The notes under the pieces were generated by a model. That model was not told where the DNA came from and did no database searches. It saw only the letters and a list, made by a program, of their open reading frames with translations. Shown here piece after piece: positions 11,441-25,679 of a DNA stretch of 64,000 bases (within the stretch, counting starts at the first letter, position 1; every line of letters begins with the position of its first letter). Location: contig NC_087436.1 in assembly GCF_036321535.1 (NCBI RefSeq), positions 60,080,001-60,144,000 of the forward strand, written 5' to 3'. Source of the DNA: Camelus dromedarius. Its lineage: Eukaryota. Position numbers and translations under genes: made by a program.

Positions 11441-14400
11441 GGCCACTGGTACACTTGAATAGTCAGAGGACAGAGGTTCAGGCCTTGCTGTTTCTGTCAT
11501 AAGTGAAGTCACAGAGATTTTTTTGTTTTGTGAAGCCAGACAATATGTCTCAATGTCAGATGGAAATGGAGGGTCACCACGTTTCTCAGACAGAAGGTCT
11601 TCCCTTAAGACAGGTTTCAAGGCCCTTCCTTGTCTATAGTATTTGAACTTCTTATCTTTCAGTTTAAAACTCTGAACCACCATGGGAGTCATTTTATTAC
11701 TACACTGTAAAAACACGACTCACAACCCCGGCTGCTGGCATGGCTTCAGGGAGGCCCACAGCTGCTCAAGGCGGCTGGCCACCATGCTGAATCTCTGCTA
11801 AGGAGAGTGATTTGAGTTCTTAAAAGCAGCCTTCACTGAAAAGGTCTCTCTCTCACATATACACACAACTTAACTTGGCTGCTATCAATTTCCTTGGCAG
11901 ATACCCAGATTATAATTTAAACCTCATTTAATTTTTACAACTACTATGTGAACTAGGCATTAAAACTAGAGGTTTTTAATTCACAGTTGTGGGAAAAACA
12001 AAGAGAGTTAAGTACCTTACCAAATTCAGGTTTTCTGATTCCATGTTCTATTTTCTTTCCACTCCATCTTATTTTGGGGGCCAAGTATTTCATGCCTTGT
12101 ATTTTATAATATAATATCAAGAAACCATCTATTATGTGTCCATTTTTTATTTGAGACATGCAGCCACCCTACAGATGGTCTTTAATAAATATTAGTTATT
12201 ACTGCTGCTAATGAATGCAAAGAGGGATTTGTTATTGAGGGTATTTACAATAAATCTTATACAAAAAATAGCCTCCAAATTCAACTTGTGTGTTTTTACA
12301 TACTGTGTTTAAATTAGTAAAGTGCACATGTACACATCATCATCATAGGTGACTGCTTTCCTGACAAGATGAGCAAAAGTACACTCTATTCAATACCTCT
12401 ACTCAAAAGCATAAATCTAGGACTCATGTCCTCAAAGATAGGGACCAAGATGTTATAATTCTTCTCCCATAATTATAAGGGCAATCAGAAATTAAAGAAA
12501 CAAATTTTTGTAGTCTTTAACAGGCTATTCCTATGTTTACCTAAAACCAATCATTTAAAACTAACTCTAAGAACAGAGGTGAAAACTGGCTGAGATTAAA
12601 CAATATTCTATAAGTGAAAGCACAGAATTTTAAGTTCAATTTGGTCATAAATGTTTTCATTTATTTTGTATTTTCTTATGATACATGCAGGCTTGGAATC
12701 TGAAATATCATTCCACATATCTGTTATCTTTCAGAGAAATCATTAACCAAATCTATAAAATTAAAATAAATAATTCTATTATCCCTTTGGTCCTGTGACA
12801 GTTAAATTAATCAAGCCAACAGATAAATAATCATTATATGGAAACTTCCATAGTTGAGCCAAAATCTCTGAGAAGGAAATAATATAATTCTTCAATTTCA
12901 CAAAATTCCAAGGTCTAATTTCCAGAAAAAAAAGTTATACTCTACTCAGATTATATGTGATTTATGGTACTTATCAATGGATATTACAAGTTTTTAAATA
13001 TTTTTTTCTAAAAAAAAGACTAAATGGAATAGAGAAAATGGTGGTTTCTGAATAGTGAAAGAATATGCAGGTTTAGAACTTATTTTTTTTAAATGCCATG
13101 AATATTTTTGTAAAAAACTTTAAATATCTGAAGGACTAGAAGTGTAGCATCAGAGAACTAGATGTAAGTTAAAGGAAGGCAGGATTTAGTTCGATAGGAG
13201 AAAATTTTAATGACTACAGCCATTTAATAAAAGTACAAAGAGCTCCTTAGTGAGAGTTATTCTTCTTAGAAAGAATTATAAACATGAAATATTTCCCACA
13301 TGAAGAGTGATTATGTAATCCATGATACATAATAAACTCCCAGTAAATATTAACTTCCCATTTCCTTATCCTTAAATATGAACTAATTTTATAAAATAAA
13401 TATTTGATAAAGGTTAAAAAAGGAAAGGGAAAATGTTATAAAATGCTTATGAAAATTATAGATGAAATAGTCATAAAAAGGCTATGTTTTTAGGGATCTG
13501 GAAAAAAACCGAACATCTCCTAATATTCAAAAATAATTATGACCTGCAAGATTATATATAATCACTGCTTCTTCCTTCTTTTCATACATGGTTATTTGTA
13601 TTTCTCATTTCTAATCCACCCATCATTAATTAATTAGACTGGTGTCTGAGCTCACTCCCTGAACTATTTTAGAAAATAGTTTGGAAAACAAATGTGGCAC
13701 TTCCCTACTATCAATTAGAAAGCCTATGTGACAGTTTATTTTTCTTTCTTAATCATGGGACATCATCTTGATTAGAAGAGAAATTTGTCATCAGCTTAGA
13801 TAGATTGCATTTCTGGCCCCTTGCTCCTTCATGTCCACCACATTTAGTAAAAAGATGCACTTTGAAGAAGGTAGCTGATTCCAGAATGAGCACACAGAAA
13901 ACAAAAAACACTGCTCATTGCAATGCAATCAGAATATCAATCCCTATACTCACAACCACCACTGCACATAAATAAGACTTTCTGTTTCTATAAACTCCTA
14001 CTATCTTGTGTCACCTTTCATATTACCCTGAGTGCAAAGTTATATGAACATTTTACAGGTTGACAGTTCGGTTAGTGACTACAAAGAAAATGGCTTGGCT
14101 AGAAAATGTGTTGTTCATAAATTAGGCTGTGTGACTTCAGTAGCTAATAAATTATGGTAGTTTATAACTAAGTATAACTATATACTTTATAATGTGAGAA
14201 AGGCAAACAAATTGTCAAGTAAAGAAAAATAGCCAAAAAAAGCATAACTCGGTGCTTTCCTTCTCCTAAGAATACTTTTACTGCTATGCTCCACAAGAAG
14301 TATAATTGATAAGATAGTAATTATTCAGTAATTACTTACTAATGGTGAAGTTTTTAACTTCACAATTTTTAGAAAAAAAGTAAAATGTAATACATAATTG

Positions 14401-14892
14401 ATACATAAAATGAAACTGACTAATTCCTGAGAGAACAGTTTTAATTTAGCAGCAAAGTATCTCAACCAAATAGGAATATAAAAAGTTTACATCAAATGTC
14501 AACTAAAAAGCAGTATGCTGTGTTCATACAATAAAAAACACTGCCATTTTTCCATGTAAGGTATTTATCACTATGACCTATAGCTACCTAATGAATTCAT
14601 TTAAGCCATTTAAAATTTGGTGAACAATAATTCTAAAAGGTATATATTTTTATGCCACTATCCTGCTTAAAATCATCAGTGGCTCCTGACTTTCTGCAAA
14701 ACTCTTACTATATTAATGCATGACCTCTCTGACCTAGCTCTTCCCTATCTTCCCTCTGTATTTACGGTAAGATCCCAGTTCTATTCCAACATTCCTACCT
14801 TACAGAAATGCTTCATGCATTAATGCAACTACTCATCAACTGCTCTAGATCTAAACTGCTGTTCTCTTGAGCTCACTCTGGGGCAATGATTG

Positions 14893-16975
14893 TGTTAAGA
14901 ACCATTATCCAAAACTCAGAAATAGGGCCAAGAAGATGACTGCATACTAAATTATTTAAAATGCTCTCCCAAGAGTTAATTTGACACAACATTATAAAAT
15001 GACTATAACTCAATAAAAAAATGTTAAAATAAATGCTCTCCCAAGAGTTAATGAATTTTGTAAATTATACCATTGCTTGATTTTGATATTTACTATTAAT
15101 TAAGGGCTCTGATTCAGCAAAGCTGCATGGTAATCTGTAGATCTGTATCCAACTGAGATATAAATGCTTTTGTCTGGTAATGGATTACTGACCTGTGGGA
15201 CATTAACTGGTTCTGTATCCAATTTTGCAATGTTATTCTAACATTATTTTATTAAATTGTTATAAATCCCTTGTTCCTCAAATGCTCTTGAACCAAATTA
15301 CTATTATGTAGGTTCTCTTAGTGAATTGAGTATATCTTTGATTCTTGTCCAATCATATTTGTATAAAGTCATATTTTAAGCTTTTGAAAATTGTACACTG
15401 ATAGTTTTGGAGGACTCACTGAGACATCCAAGTGGACTCACATGCCAGAGGCAATTAAACTACATTGCCAGACTACTTTATAGTCTATTTAAGTCCAGGT
15501 ATGTTCCTTCTTGGCTCCCGAAGAGACTTTCAAGTGTTAATAACTTTTTACTTTTGCTGACTTTCTGCTTTTCTGTGCTTTTTCTTTCTTCTGATTTTGC
15601 ATACCTTTGTTTGTTTTTGCTTCTGACAAATTGTAATTCTGTTTCTTGTCAAACTTTTGGTTAGGGTCGTGTTCCTTTCCACAACGAAGCCTCAAGACTT
15701 GAATTTGTGTCTAGTCTCAAACCACTAAGCCAGTTACAAATATATACTTAAGAAAGCACCCTATGGCTTCAGCTGTGTTTCTTTTCTCAGTTAGGGGATA
15801 ATCTAGTGTACAGTGGACCTAAGCCAGCCTCAACCACACGGCCAAAAAAAGTTTCCAGATGAGTATGATTTTACGTGACCAATAATCCCCCCTGTCTATG
15901 GGGTATCTAATTTAACGGTCTGATCTTTTGATGGTCTCTATTGGGTTGATAATGAAGACCTAGTTTCAATCAGATGAGATACAACAGAGAATATGATTTA
16001 TTATCAGATTTATTATTGTGTTATTGTTGTCTTGCCTTTTGACTATTTGAGAATTTGAATTACTAAAATTTTTGTGTCCACTGAAAAGGAGAACAAGTCT
16101 TAGAGATCTAGATATGCATAAACCAGAAAGAGGGTGTCCTTAAAAAATATGATCTCAGAATCTTGCAGAAAGAACCATCCTTTTAAATACAGTTACTTCC
16201 TGGAAGGACAGGGATTTTACCAAATTTTGGAGACCTTGGAAGAAAAAAATTCACCAAATTTATAGGTTCTGTAAGTTAATCTCATGGAGGGCAGGTTTAG
16301 TTTCCTAGCCTCAAGACTGAAGAGCAAGTGTTGGAGCTTTTAAGATTTATTCCTATGTTTCTTAATGACATTTCCAGACAGTAGTTTCTCAGTACTTTAA
16401 ACTCAAAGAGGCACACACAATTAATTATTACTAACTAATACAAATGTAAATAAGTAGTACATAATAGAAAACAGAATCAGCTTTTTTTCTGAGATCAATA
16501 ATAATCTTATAAATATATTAATTATATATAAGTATATAGTTATATATATTTATCATATAGTTTATAATAATGACATTAGGATAATCTTTGGAAAATATTA
16601 TTAAGGGATCAGAGAGAACAACGTTGAGAAAAATTTCCAAATATTCAGTATAAGGCCAAGAGGATGACTGTGCTCTTGTCATTGTCATCCTGAAGGATCA
16701 TTTAATTTTCAAGGCAATTGCTCTGCTTTTGATTTTGCTTATTTCTATTGATTAAGGGCTCAAACTCTGTGAAGTTACATGTTAACTTGTAGAGTGTGTC
16801 CAATAGAGATACAAATGTTTTCAGCCTGGTAGAAAAGATCATTCCAAATACTATGGTTTATTGCCCTGGAAGACATTCATCAGTTTTGTAACCAAACTAA
16901 CAGACTTATTGTAGTATTTCTTTATTAAGCTTTTTATAAATAACATGTTCCTCAAATATTTTTTGAACAATCTTT
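14893..16975 (+). mobile_element. Old, internally deleted class I (ERV1, MER4-group-like) provirus: LTR ~14893-15402, internal ~15403-16621, partial second LTR ~16622-16975
   Basis: Two diverged direct repeats share ggccaaga.gatgactg, attaagggctc (15099 and 16751) and tgttcctcaaat (15272 and 16946). A PBS-region-like ttttggaggactcactgaga follows the first copy, and the internal part has MER4-group-like motifs (aaattcaccaaatttatagg, ttcctagcctcaaga). Confidence 0.6.
14981..15030 (+). mobile_element. Ultra-short (50 bp) L1 3' terminus with a 22-nt direct repeat (TSD)
   Basis: aaatgctctcccaagagttaat at 14959-14980 and 15031-15052 flanks ttgacacaacattataaaatgactataactcaataaaaaaa, which matches the L1 end at ~39573-39608. 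Confidence 0.85.
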
Positions 16976-17499
16976 TATTTTTATTGGTTCCCCCACTATT
17001 TAATTTTATTGAATCACCAGGACTTAACACACAATCTAGTACATAAATGACAATTAATAAATTGTTAATTGAATAAATGAATAAAATGGTACATAAACTT
17101 ATTTGAAATTAAATTTTATCTATCTGTCTATGTATTTATATGTTCACTGCAAAAGGGCAACTCAACTCCAAATAAAATTTAATACATATTTCAGTACAGA
17201 GTTTAACAGTAAACCACTTATCATCAATTAGTTTCCCTCAAAAATACTGGGGGATGGGCAGATAATCTGAACTTCATCACACAAATATAGAGTATAAAAC
17301 TGTTAAGTAAAATATTTCCAGTCTCAGAGCTGGATGCTCTGTCAGACACATTCTCAGAGTATTTGCTAAAGGGTGGCTTTACTCAGCCTTCCAGTATCAA
17401 TCTATCACTCAGCTTCGGCCTATTCAAAACTAAACATTCATTAGTCGCATCTTTGAAGAAAATTCAAGAGCCACCTTGAGGGAGTTCTGGCAGATAAAA

Positions 17500-18540
17500 T
17501 CTGGAATAATTTTAGCATCGAAAATTAATAATAATAATAGATTATAATCTACTGAATAAAATAGGAGCCCATGATTCTGTTGATAAATCATACATACATA
17601 TACACATGTGCAAACATGCATACTTACCTGAACAGAGGAAAAGGGAAAAGACTTTCCTATAGTAGAATGCCAACTAATAAATATGGAAGGGATGAGACAG
17701 TTGTAAAATCACTATTGTGCAAGTATTAGGGGAAAAAAATAATTTGGGGCAGAGCCATCAATGGATACTAAAACTTCTGGGTAAATGGAAAACAGCTACA
17801 TAGCTTCAGAGTATCTCTCCAGAGATTACTTATTAACAAGGGAACAAATAACTTCACAGTGGTGAAACCTAGTAAACACCACCTTTACCAAGTGATCAAA
17901 AGTAACATCATCGGTAATGATACAAACTGACATCAAATACTTCCTGATCTGAGCCACTAAGAACACAAATGTCACACATATGGTTTTCCTCCCCCAAATT
18001 GCATAAGCTGAATGCAATAGTGAAATACCAGACAAACATGAACTGAATTTGAATTCTACAAAACAACTGTTATAACTCTATGTGAGATAAAGAATAGTGA
18101 GGAACTAGTCTAGATTAAGAGAGGCTAACGATACACGACAGCTAAACATAACACGTGATTCTGGACTGAAGCCTGAATTGAAAAAAAAAAATGAAACAAC
18201 TAGAAAAAAACTGAATATAGATTCATGTCAAATACGATACTGTGTCAAGGTTAAATTTCCTGATTTTCATACTTACATTGTGATGTAAAACAATATCCTT
18301 GTTCTTAGAAAATACATGCAGATGTATTTAGGAATAAATGACCTGTATGACTAACTCTCACACACTTCAGGAAGATAATATAAATAACATATGTATCTAT
18401 GTACTACAGAGAGAAAGAGAGAGAGGGAGAAGAATATGGTAAAAATGATTGGTGAATGTATGTAAAGGATATAAGGGAGTTTCTGGTACAATTCTTCTAA
18501 CTTTCCTGTAAATATGAAACTATTATAAAATAAAAACATA
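17500..18540 (+). mobile_element. Old L1 3'UTR (L1MC-type)
   Basis: Motifs agtagaatgccaactaataaat, aacaccacctttaccaagtgatcaaaagtaacatca and ttaaatttcctgatttt; ends aaaataaaaa. Confidence 0.8.
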
Positions 18541-19092
18541 TTTAGTAAAATTAAAGAGACATGCTGTAACCAAGGTGATGTTGGTGCTGTATAGTCCCAA
18601 AGTAAAGCTGGTTATTTTTTTTAAGTAGAACAATCACATGAGGGAATAGCAAAAGAAGCAATACCTAGTTTAGCTGCTCTCTTGAATCTGCTACTATTGA
18701 TACCCATCTAAATTTTGTTATTTTGAGTCATGTTTTGTTTTTTTATTTTTGAGAAGGGCATTGAAGTTAAGAAGAGTTAGGAAAAAAGGGATAGAAGGAA
18801 AGAAGAAAAGACAGAGAGGAAGACAGCTCACTTACTCATCTGAGCTCTACTTCCTACAAGCTCTGTTTTGTGGATATGGAAGTTCATGAAAGAGATTATC
18901 TGAACAAAGATATGATATAACCTTATAAAGTAAAACAAACAAACAAAAATTGTTTTACATTTCTTCAGACACACAATGCCTAGTTGCATTTCTGCTCAAG
19001 GTAGACAGTCCACAATGTTCTTCACTTAAGAAATAATTCCAATTCATCTTAAATCTTTGTACTGCATCACCAATAATCAGAAGCTAATTAAA

Positions 19093-19412
19093 ATTCTCCC
19101 TCAGTGTCTGCAGGAGATTGGTTCCTGGACCACCTCCTGTTGGATACCAAAATCTACAGATGCTCAAGTCCCTTATAGAAAACAGCAAAGTATCTGCGTC
19201 TAACCTATGCACAACCTCCTGTATAGTTCAAATCATCTCTAGATAATTTATAATATTTAATGTAATTTAAATGCTAAATAAATAGTTGTTAGTGCCCAGG
19301 AAATTTAAGTCTTGCTTTTTGGAACCTCTTGGATTTTTTTTTAATATTTTCAATCCGCTGTTGGTTCAATCTGTGAATGTGGAACCCCCATGAATATGAA
19401 GGGTCGACTGTA
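19093..19412. mobile_element. MER2-like TcMar-Tigger MITE
   Basis: ggattggttcc...ggataccaaaatctacagatgctcaagtcccttata...tatgaagggtcgactgta. Confidence 0.85.
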
Positions 19413-22400
19413 CACCCCTTCACTTTTTAGATTTGTTATTAGGCTGCTCACTGTTTGGCACATTACTTCAATCTGGAATACTCAGATTCCAGAACCAGTA
19501 ATTTCCTACCTATTCTAGTTAGTTGCCCTTGCAAGTAAAGAACTTGTCTTTTTAGAATGTAAAAATTCCATGATCTTCACAGGAAACCTAGATTTTTTTA
19601 AAAGCAAGACTTCCGTTTTTAACATCATACTCAGGTTTCGTGAGTAAAGAGACCTCCTCTTCCTGGTCACCATCCCCTTCAGCAGTGCCTAACACTTGCC
19701 CTGGGCACACAGCTAGCACTGGGTTCAACAGAAGATTCAATTTCCTTGCCCATTAAGTTCATATAATAGAAACATTTTTTGGATTTTTCTTCAATTTGGG
19801 CTTCTGCTCTACCCTTAGCAATTCTACTGTGATTTTATTAGTGCAATCCTATTTCAGTTTTTAAAAAAAGTATTTTTAATGAAGCTTTTATCTATTGCTT
19901 TAGTAAAATAGGCTTGCTTATTGAATCAGGATAATTTGCTATTTTATGGTAAAATGATTCTTATTTTTAAATGAATATAGGAATTTTTAGCAAAGTCATT
20001 ATGTCAAAATCAGAAAATCATTTTATGTTGTTTTAATAGAGCAAAAAACAATTTCTGTAGAAATCATTCGTATGGGTCAATTGTTCTGATTTCCTTAAAA
20101 TTATCTAATGGTCTACTTAGAACAACAAGAGAATCAAGAAATGTTAAAGATGTTAGCATCTTTTAAGTTCAACCCCACTGCCCTGAATAAAAAAAAAAAA
20201 AAAAAAACCACACACAACAAAACTGTATACTGAACAACAGTGGCTATCTTTGAATGTCTTTAGTCAACAGACCTTACAGGCTCCAAGCTGCCTAACAGTA
20301 AATTCCCTTTAAGGAATCATAGTATCACTTTATAAAACTTAATAGTGTCCCAACTCTCTTTTGTTATGCAGGACTCCCTAGAGAGATGAATGCTATTGGA
20401 GCAGAGCACGCATTAATAGTTCCTTTCTCTCATTCTAAATGTAAGCTCAGCATCTCTCCTTAGTTCTTTTTTCTCAGCTATAGCAACTTCCAGTAGACTG
20501 CTGGGTCAAGTTAAATCTTTAGGATCAATGTACTCTGACACCCACTCATCTCAGTGATAGTTTCTATGTACTTTTATTATCACTATTAAAAAATAGAAGA
20601 GAGAATCACTGTGATTCATGAACCATAGCTAGGTGGCTGATCTTCTTTTCATTCGAAATCACTATTTGTATTAATGTATCCACAGTTCTTTGGAACATAA
20701 ATCTACTGAAGGCAACAGCATGCTGAGATATACTGTCTCATCCCAACCAGCACCTAATACATCATATGAATTATATGACAGCTGGTAACTCCCCTCCCCG
20801 TTCAAATTCATGTAGTTCAAATATTCAAGCTGAATACCCTACTGTTAGATGTATCCTTTCAATAGAATGAAGAAAGAAGAGACAAAAGCAAAAACTTGAG
20901 TGTATAATAAAAGTTTCTCTCACAAATGTTTAGAGATCTTAAACATTCCACGACAGACTAGTACCATAGTTCAAAATTTATTTTTAAAATGAAATAAATA
21001 AGACACTCTGTAATTCACTATTTTCTTCAGCTTTTTTTTTTTTTTGTCTTTGAAATCATTACCTATTACTGTTTTGGACAGCATTAACTTACAATTTAAC
21101 AGAGCATACAAGTTATTATGTAATAAGTTACATAAATGTCCACATGAATTTCCACAATGGTTAAAATTGTCTTTTATTTAAGAAAACCAAGGATGCAAAT
21201 TAAATTTCTTTGTAAATAGCCAAGTCACCTGTCTTAGGGCACAAACTTTTTTCCTAATTTCCTAATCACGAAATAACTAGGTCTAGTAAATGTTCTAATT
21301 AAAGTGTAACATAAACATAGTAAAATATGCAAATCTTTAGTGTACTTCTCAATTATTTTTTTTCTAAGTGATATAAATTGATTTTGAAAAATTTAAGAGT
21401 TTCCAAAACATAAACAACCCTTATAAAGCATTAATACATAAATAACTTGAATATTTTAAGGACTGTTTTTGTTGTTGCTTAAAGGAGCCAACTCAACTTA
21501 CTATCATGATAAGATATATTTAAATGTGAGTTTGGCTCTTAAAATGTTTCCCTTTCTAAATGCCTACCTAAAAGTCAATGCAATTTTATTTCAGTTTCTG
21601 TCTTTGAACCATGTTATTAATAAATGTAAGCATCATTTTCATCAATATGGCACTTTTAAATTTATAAAAACTTTTCACATAAAATACAGGAATTGATGCT
21701 TACAACAGCTCTACGAGGTGGGTAGAATTACTAAGTGAAAGCGACCGGACTGTGGTGTCCTTTGCCAAATCACCTGCTCTTGCATCACACCAGACTTGCT
21801 TACTTTAAAAAATTAAAGTCATGCTTCATTGACATAAAAAAATTCTTATTTTGTAAATTTTTCTCTTTTGGTCATATTTGTGTGTTAGGAGAAATGGTTT
21901 GCCTTTGGTTTTTTTAGCAATGTGCCTTTATTCCCGCCAAGTTTCAGAGAGAAAATAAAAAGTATATTCTTAAAAGGTATCAAATACTAGAAGGCATTAA
22001 AGGCTCATGGAAAAAAGAAAAGAAGTGTAAAAAAGTATGAAAAATTATAAAGCTGTTTAAGAATTTATTACTAAATTTTTATTAAATTATATATATTTCT
22101 TGTATATTTAGGAACTAAAGATATTTTGTAGATTTTCTTCCTTTCCGAAGTTGTGCTGAAAACTCCCCTCCCCCTTGAGTGCACAAACTGCACACCACAA
22201 GTTCTTTTTGGACCCCAGCCAGCCTGAGGCACAAGCCGCAGGAAACTCTGAAGGAGACAAAGAAGAAACAGCAGTGCAGAGGCCAGAGTAGGACAGAAGG
22301 GCTATGTGTGGTTCCCCAGTAGTCACCATGCATCCTGAAGGTCAAATACATGCTGCTTCCACAAGGCCCACAACTTTTGCCACTATCCGTCTCTTGCTCA

Positions 22401-23187
22401 ACTTAAGCCACTGCCACTTTGAAAATGAAACAAACAGAGCATAATTGTGGGTGATAGCAGTGACGGTAGACTCAATATTACAATGTATTACAGACTCTAG
22501 TAGGGAGATCCCAGTTTAAGTGATATAATTGCCGCTTCTCCAACATGACTTTAGAAATAGAAGGGGAGTATTGAGAATTATTTGAGTACCTTAAAAAGAA
22601 ATATATGTGTATAAAAACAAAAATAGAATAGTAATATAGATGGGATAGACAGGGGTTGGGGGAAGGAGGGAGGGAGACAAGCCATAAAAAATTAGGGCAA
22701 AAGTCAATTCACTGCATATTTTTTCAGATCCATTCCATAGTTTCAGTCCTTGGATTTTCAGCTACTTTCCTTATGCAAATAGCTCTTTCACAAGCCTTCA
22801 TTCTGTCTTTATAAATCTAATATACTGTGTTTTTCAATGCCTATTGGCTTTGTTAGATTTCCGGTATATTAGAGTCCCAGCTTTTTCATTTAGAATCCAC
22901 ACTTGATTTCACCTACATCTTAAGTTTTCAGATGAAACAGGTTTTTAAAAAAAAGACAGGTCAAAGACCAATGCCAAGTAATAGCTGTTTAAAGTGTGGG
23001 TATGAAGAAGCAGTGTTCAAAGGAGTCTGGAAGGAGAAAAGAAGAACCAGAGGAGATTAGGCCCTGCAAAAAGGAGAAGTGGTAAGTATACAAATAGAGT
23101 TCTCAGCAGTGTTAGACACGGAAGGTAAGTTTAAAAAAAATGAAGATTGAAAAAATATAAAAACTGGCAAATCACTGATGACTTTAG

Positions 23188-23400
23188 AGTAGTTCTCAAC
23201 TAGGGAGATTTTTGCCTACCAAGGCATATTTTGCAATGTCTAGAGATATTTTTAGTTGTCACAACTTGAAAGTTCTACTGGCATTTTATGGGTAGGGGTC
23301 AGGAATGCTATTAAACATTTAACAATGCACAAGACAGTCCCCTGGTCCCCCAACAAAGATCTAAGATGAAATGTCAATAGTGTCGGTGTTGAGAAAGCAC
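23188..23400. mobile_element. MER20 (hAT-Charlie)
   Basis: agtagttctcaactaggg...gcaatgtctagagatatttttagttgtcacaac...aatgtcaatagtg...gttgagaaa. Confidence 0.85.
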
Positions 23401-24486
23401 ATGAGAGCTAAAAACATGAAACTGAGGAGTTTGCAGGCAGTGAGAAAATGAATTTGTCAAGATAAGGCTATTTGTTCAGACCTGTTTGCCTTGTAGAGGA
23501 AAAGAGAGAACGAATAGAGAACTTCAGGAGCAGGAAGGATGGAGAAAATTTTTATTTTTTGTTATTTTCCTCCAAGATGGAAAACTTGGCAGTGTTGTAA
23601 ACTGAGAACAATGAAGAGATACAGAAGAAACTGGAGGAAAAAAACAGAAGAAACATATTCATAATCACTGTTTTAAAGGAGATGCGGAGTTGAAATCAAG
23701 TAGACTAGTAGAAGCAATTGCTTTGAAGGAACGCAGGAGGCATCTCTAAGATCACAGTAAATGAAGGACTGGTGGGTAAAAGACTAGGAGTGGGGAGCAA
23801 GAACAGGACAGATAGTCTGAGGAAGGTGTTTGAAGTTAATATGCAGTGCCCGAGATAAGCAATTGGTCTGCAATTCATTTTCCCTGAGACAAGGAGGAAT
23901 GGAGTTTGCTTCCTGGAAAAGTAAGAAGGCAGGGAACTGGTGTAATCTCCTTGTAAACATACTAATGACAGACCTCCTAGGAAACAAACTGCAAACTAAA
24001 TGGTTTTTACTAGTAGAGGGGTTTATCTAGAGACTGCTTTTAGCATAATGTGACTAATTATCTAGGACTGCTTATGAAAAATGAAGCTAGAATATAGTTT
24101 TATGGGATATGGCTCTCTGAAAAATGTCCACGTATGCTGTGTAACTATCTGAGTAAAATATCTAGCTGATTCATGTGGTCAAAAGGGAAAAGCTTCTAGT
24201 TGTAAGATAAATAAGTTTGGGGAATGTAGGGTATAGCATGGTGACTATAATTAAAAAGAAAAAAAATAATGAGCTGTTCTGTACTGAGATGGCTCCTTCT
24301 GTATCAGTGAGGTGACTATACACATCCTACAGTCCCAACTTCATCCAAGAGTCTGGGCCAGTGCCCGTCAGATGCAGAAAGAGAGGAGCTGAGGGCCTGG
24401 GAAGCTATTACAGATCTCTTCCCTGATTCCTTTGTCCCTCTTTGACACCTGATGAAAGCTCTGATTCATGTGAGTGTCTCTAGACA

Positions 24487-24513
24487 AAAAAAAAAAAAAA
24501 AAAAAAAAAAAAA
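24487..24513 (+). repeat. poly(A) run of about 27 nt
   Basis: Read directly from the sequence. Confidence 0.9.
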
Positions 24514-25679
24514 TGTGTTTCTCATTGACACATACACTAATCATTGCAGTGCTGAAGACAACTAGTCAAGCATTAAAATCATAATTGTATAAGGTAATGA
24601 CAAGTGTGTACAATAAAGAGCCTAAGAGAATGAATGAAAAAAAGGTACTTAGGTTGTATCTGGTTGGATGTAACAAGCTAAGAGCAATAGAAGACACAAA
24701 CAAAGGAGGAATTTCAAAGCAAACTTTTAGCACTAAAGTAAAATGATAGCTGAACTAAATTATAAAAGTGACAGAGTGACAGCTACTCTAAATTAGGAAT
24801 GACTAAACAAAAATATCATCACATAGGAAAAGTGTGAAATGTACACGCATGATTCATGCGTAAGTCACACTTTCTTATCCTGACAATGCAAATATTATGG
24901 TTTGTGAGAAAATTATAAATGTTTGTCTCAACTTTAAAATTATTTGAAAGGTAGTAATAATACATTAAAAAATTTATATCTTCTTTATAAACTAACCATA
25001 ATTCATAATATTAGATATAATTCTACTACAATAATATATTTCTTGACTTCGGAAGTTAAAATCTGTTTTGCTTTTTTAATTCACTAAAATGAATTTAGTG
25101 TGTTATATTCAAATTTCAAAATAACAGAATAACCCTAGGATGAATACATTTTTCTTCATTGTAGAACTACAATAATGTAAAAACTTCAAATTCCAATGAC
25201 TATTCTCTCAGAAAAGATAGGTATTTTGCTCAAGGTCAACTCTGTATTACAGACTGTGCAGCTGTTCAGATGGTCAGAGATTTGTCATGGATTCTGAATC
25301 AATAAATATTCTCTCTCATGCTATAAAAGCTGTGTCAGCCCATGGGGTTCCTAAACAAGGCATAAAATAGTTTTCATCTTACAAAAAAATTAGATAAACT
25401 GATCCAATTAAAAATAAAATTGTCATTTTTGCATTCTAATCCCAAGAGTAAAAGGTAAACAACTTTCAGTTTTCCAATTTCTTAATTTTAGAGGGATATA
25501 AATGATCTAACAGGTATCCTAGATACGGTGTGGTTAGAGAAAAAAATCTTTAATTTTCTTGTACTGTTGTTTTCCCTAATTATTTCCTTGATAAATAATA
25601 ATAAATAGAAATAGCTACTGTTCTTAATGAAGCTTTTACTACATTCTAATATTGCTTCTGTTACAATGTGATTGCTTAT

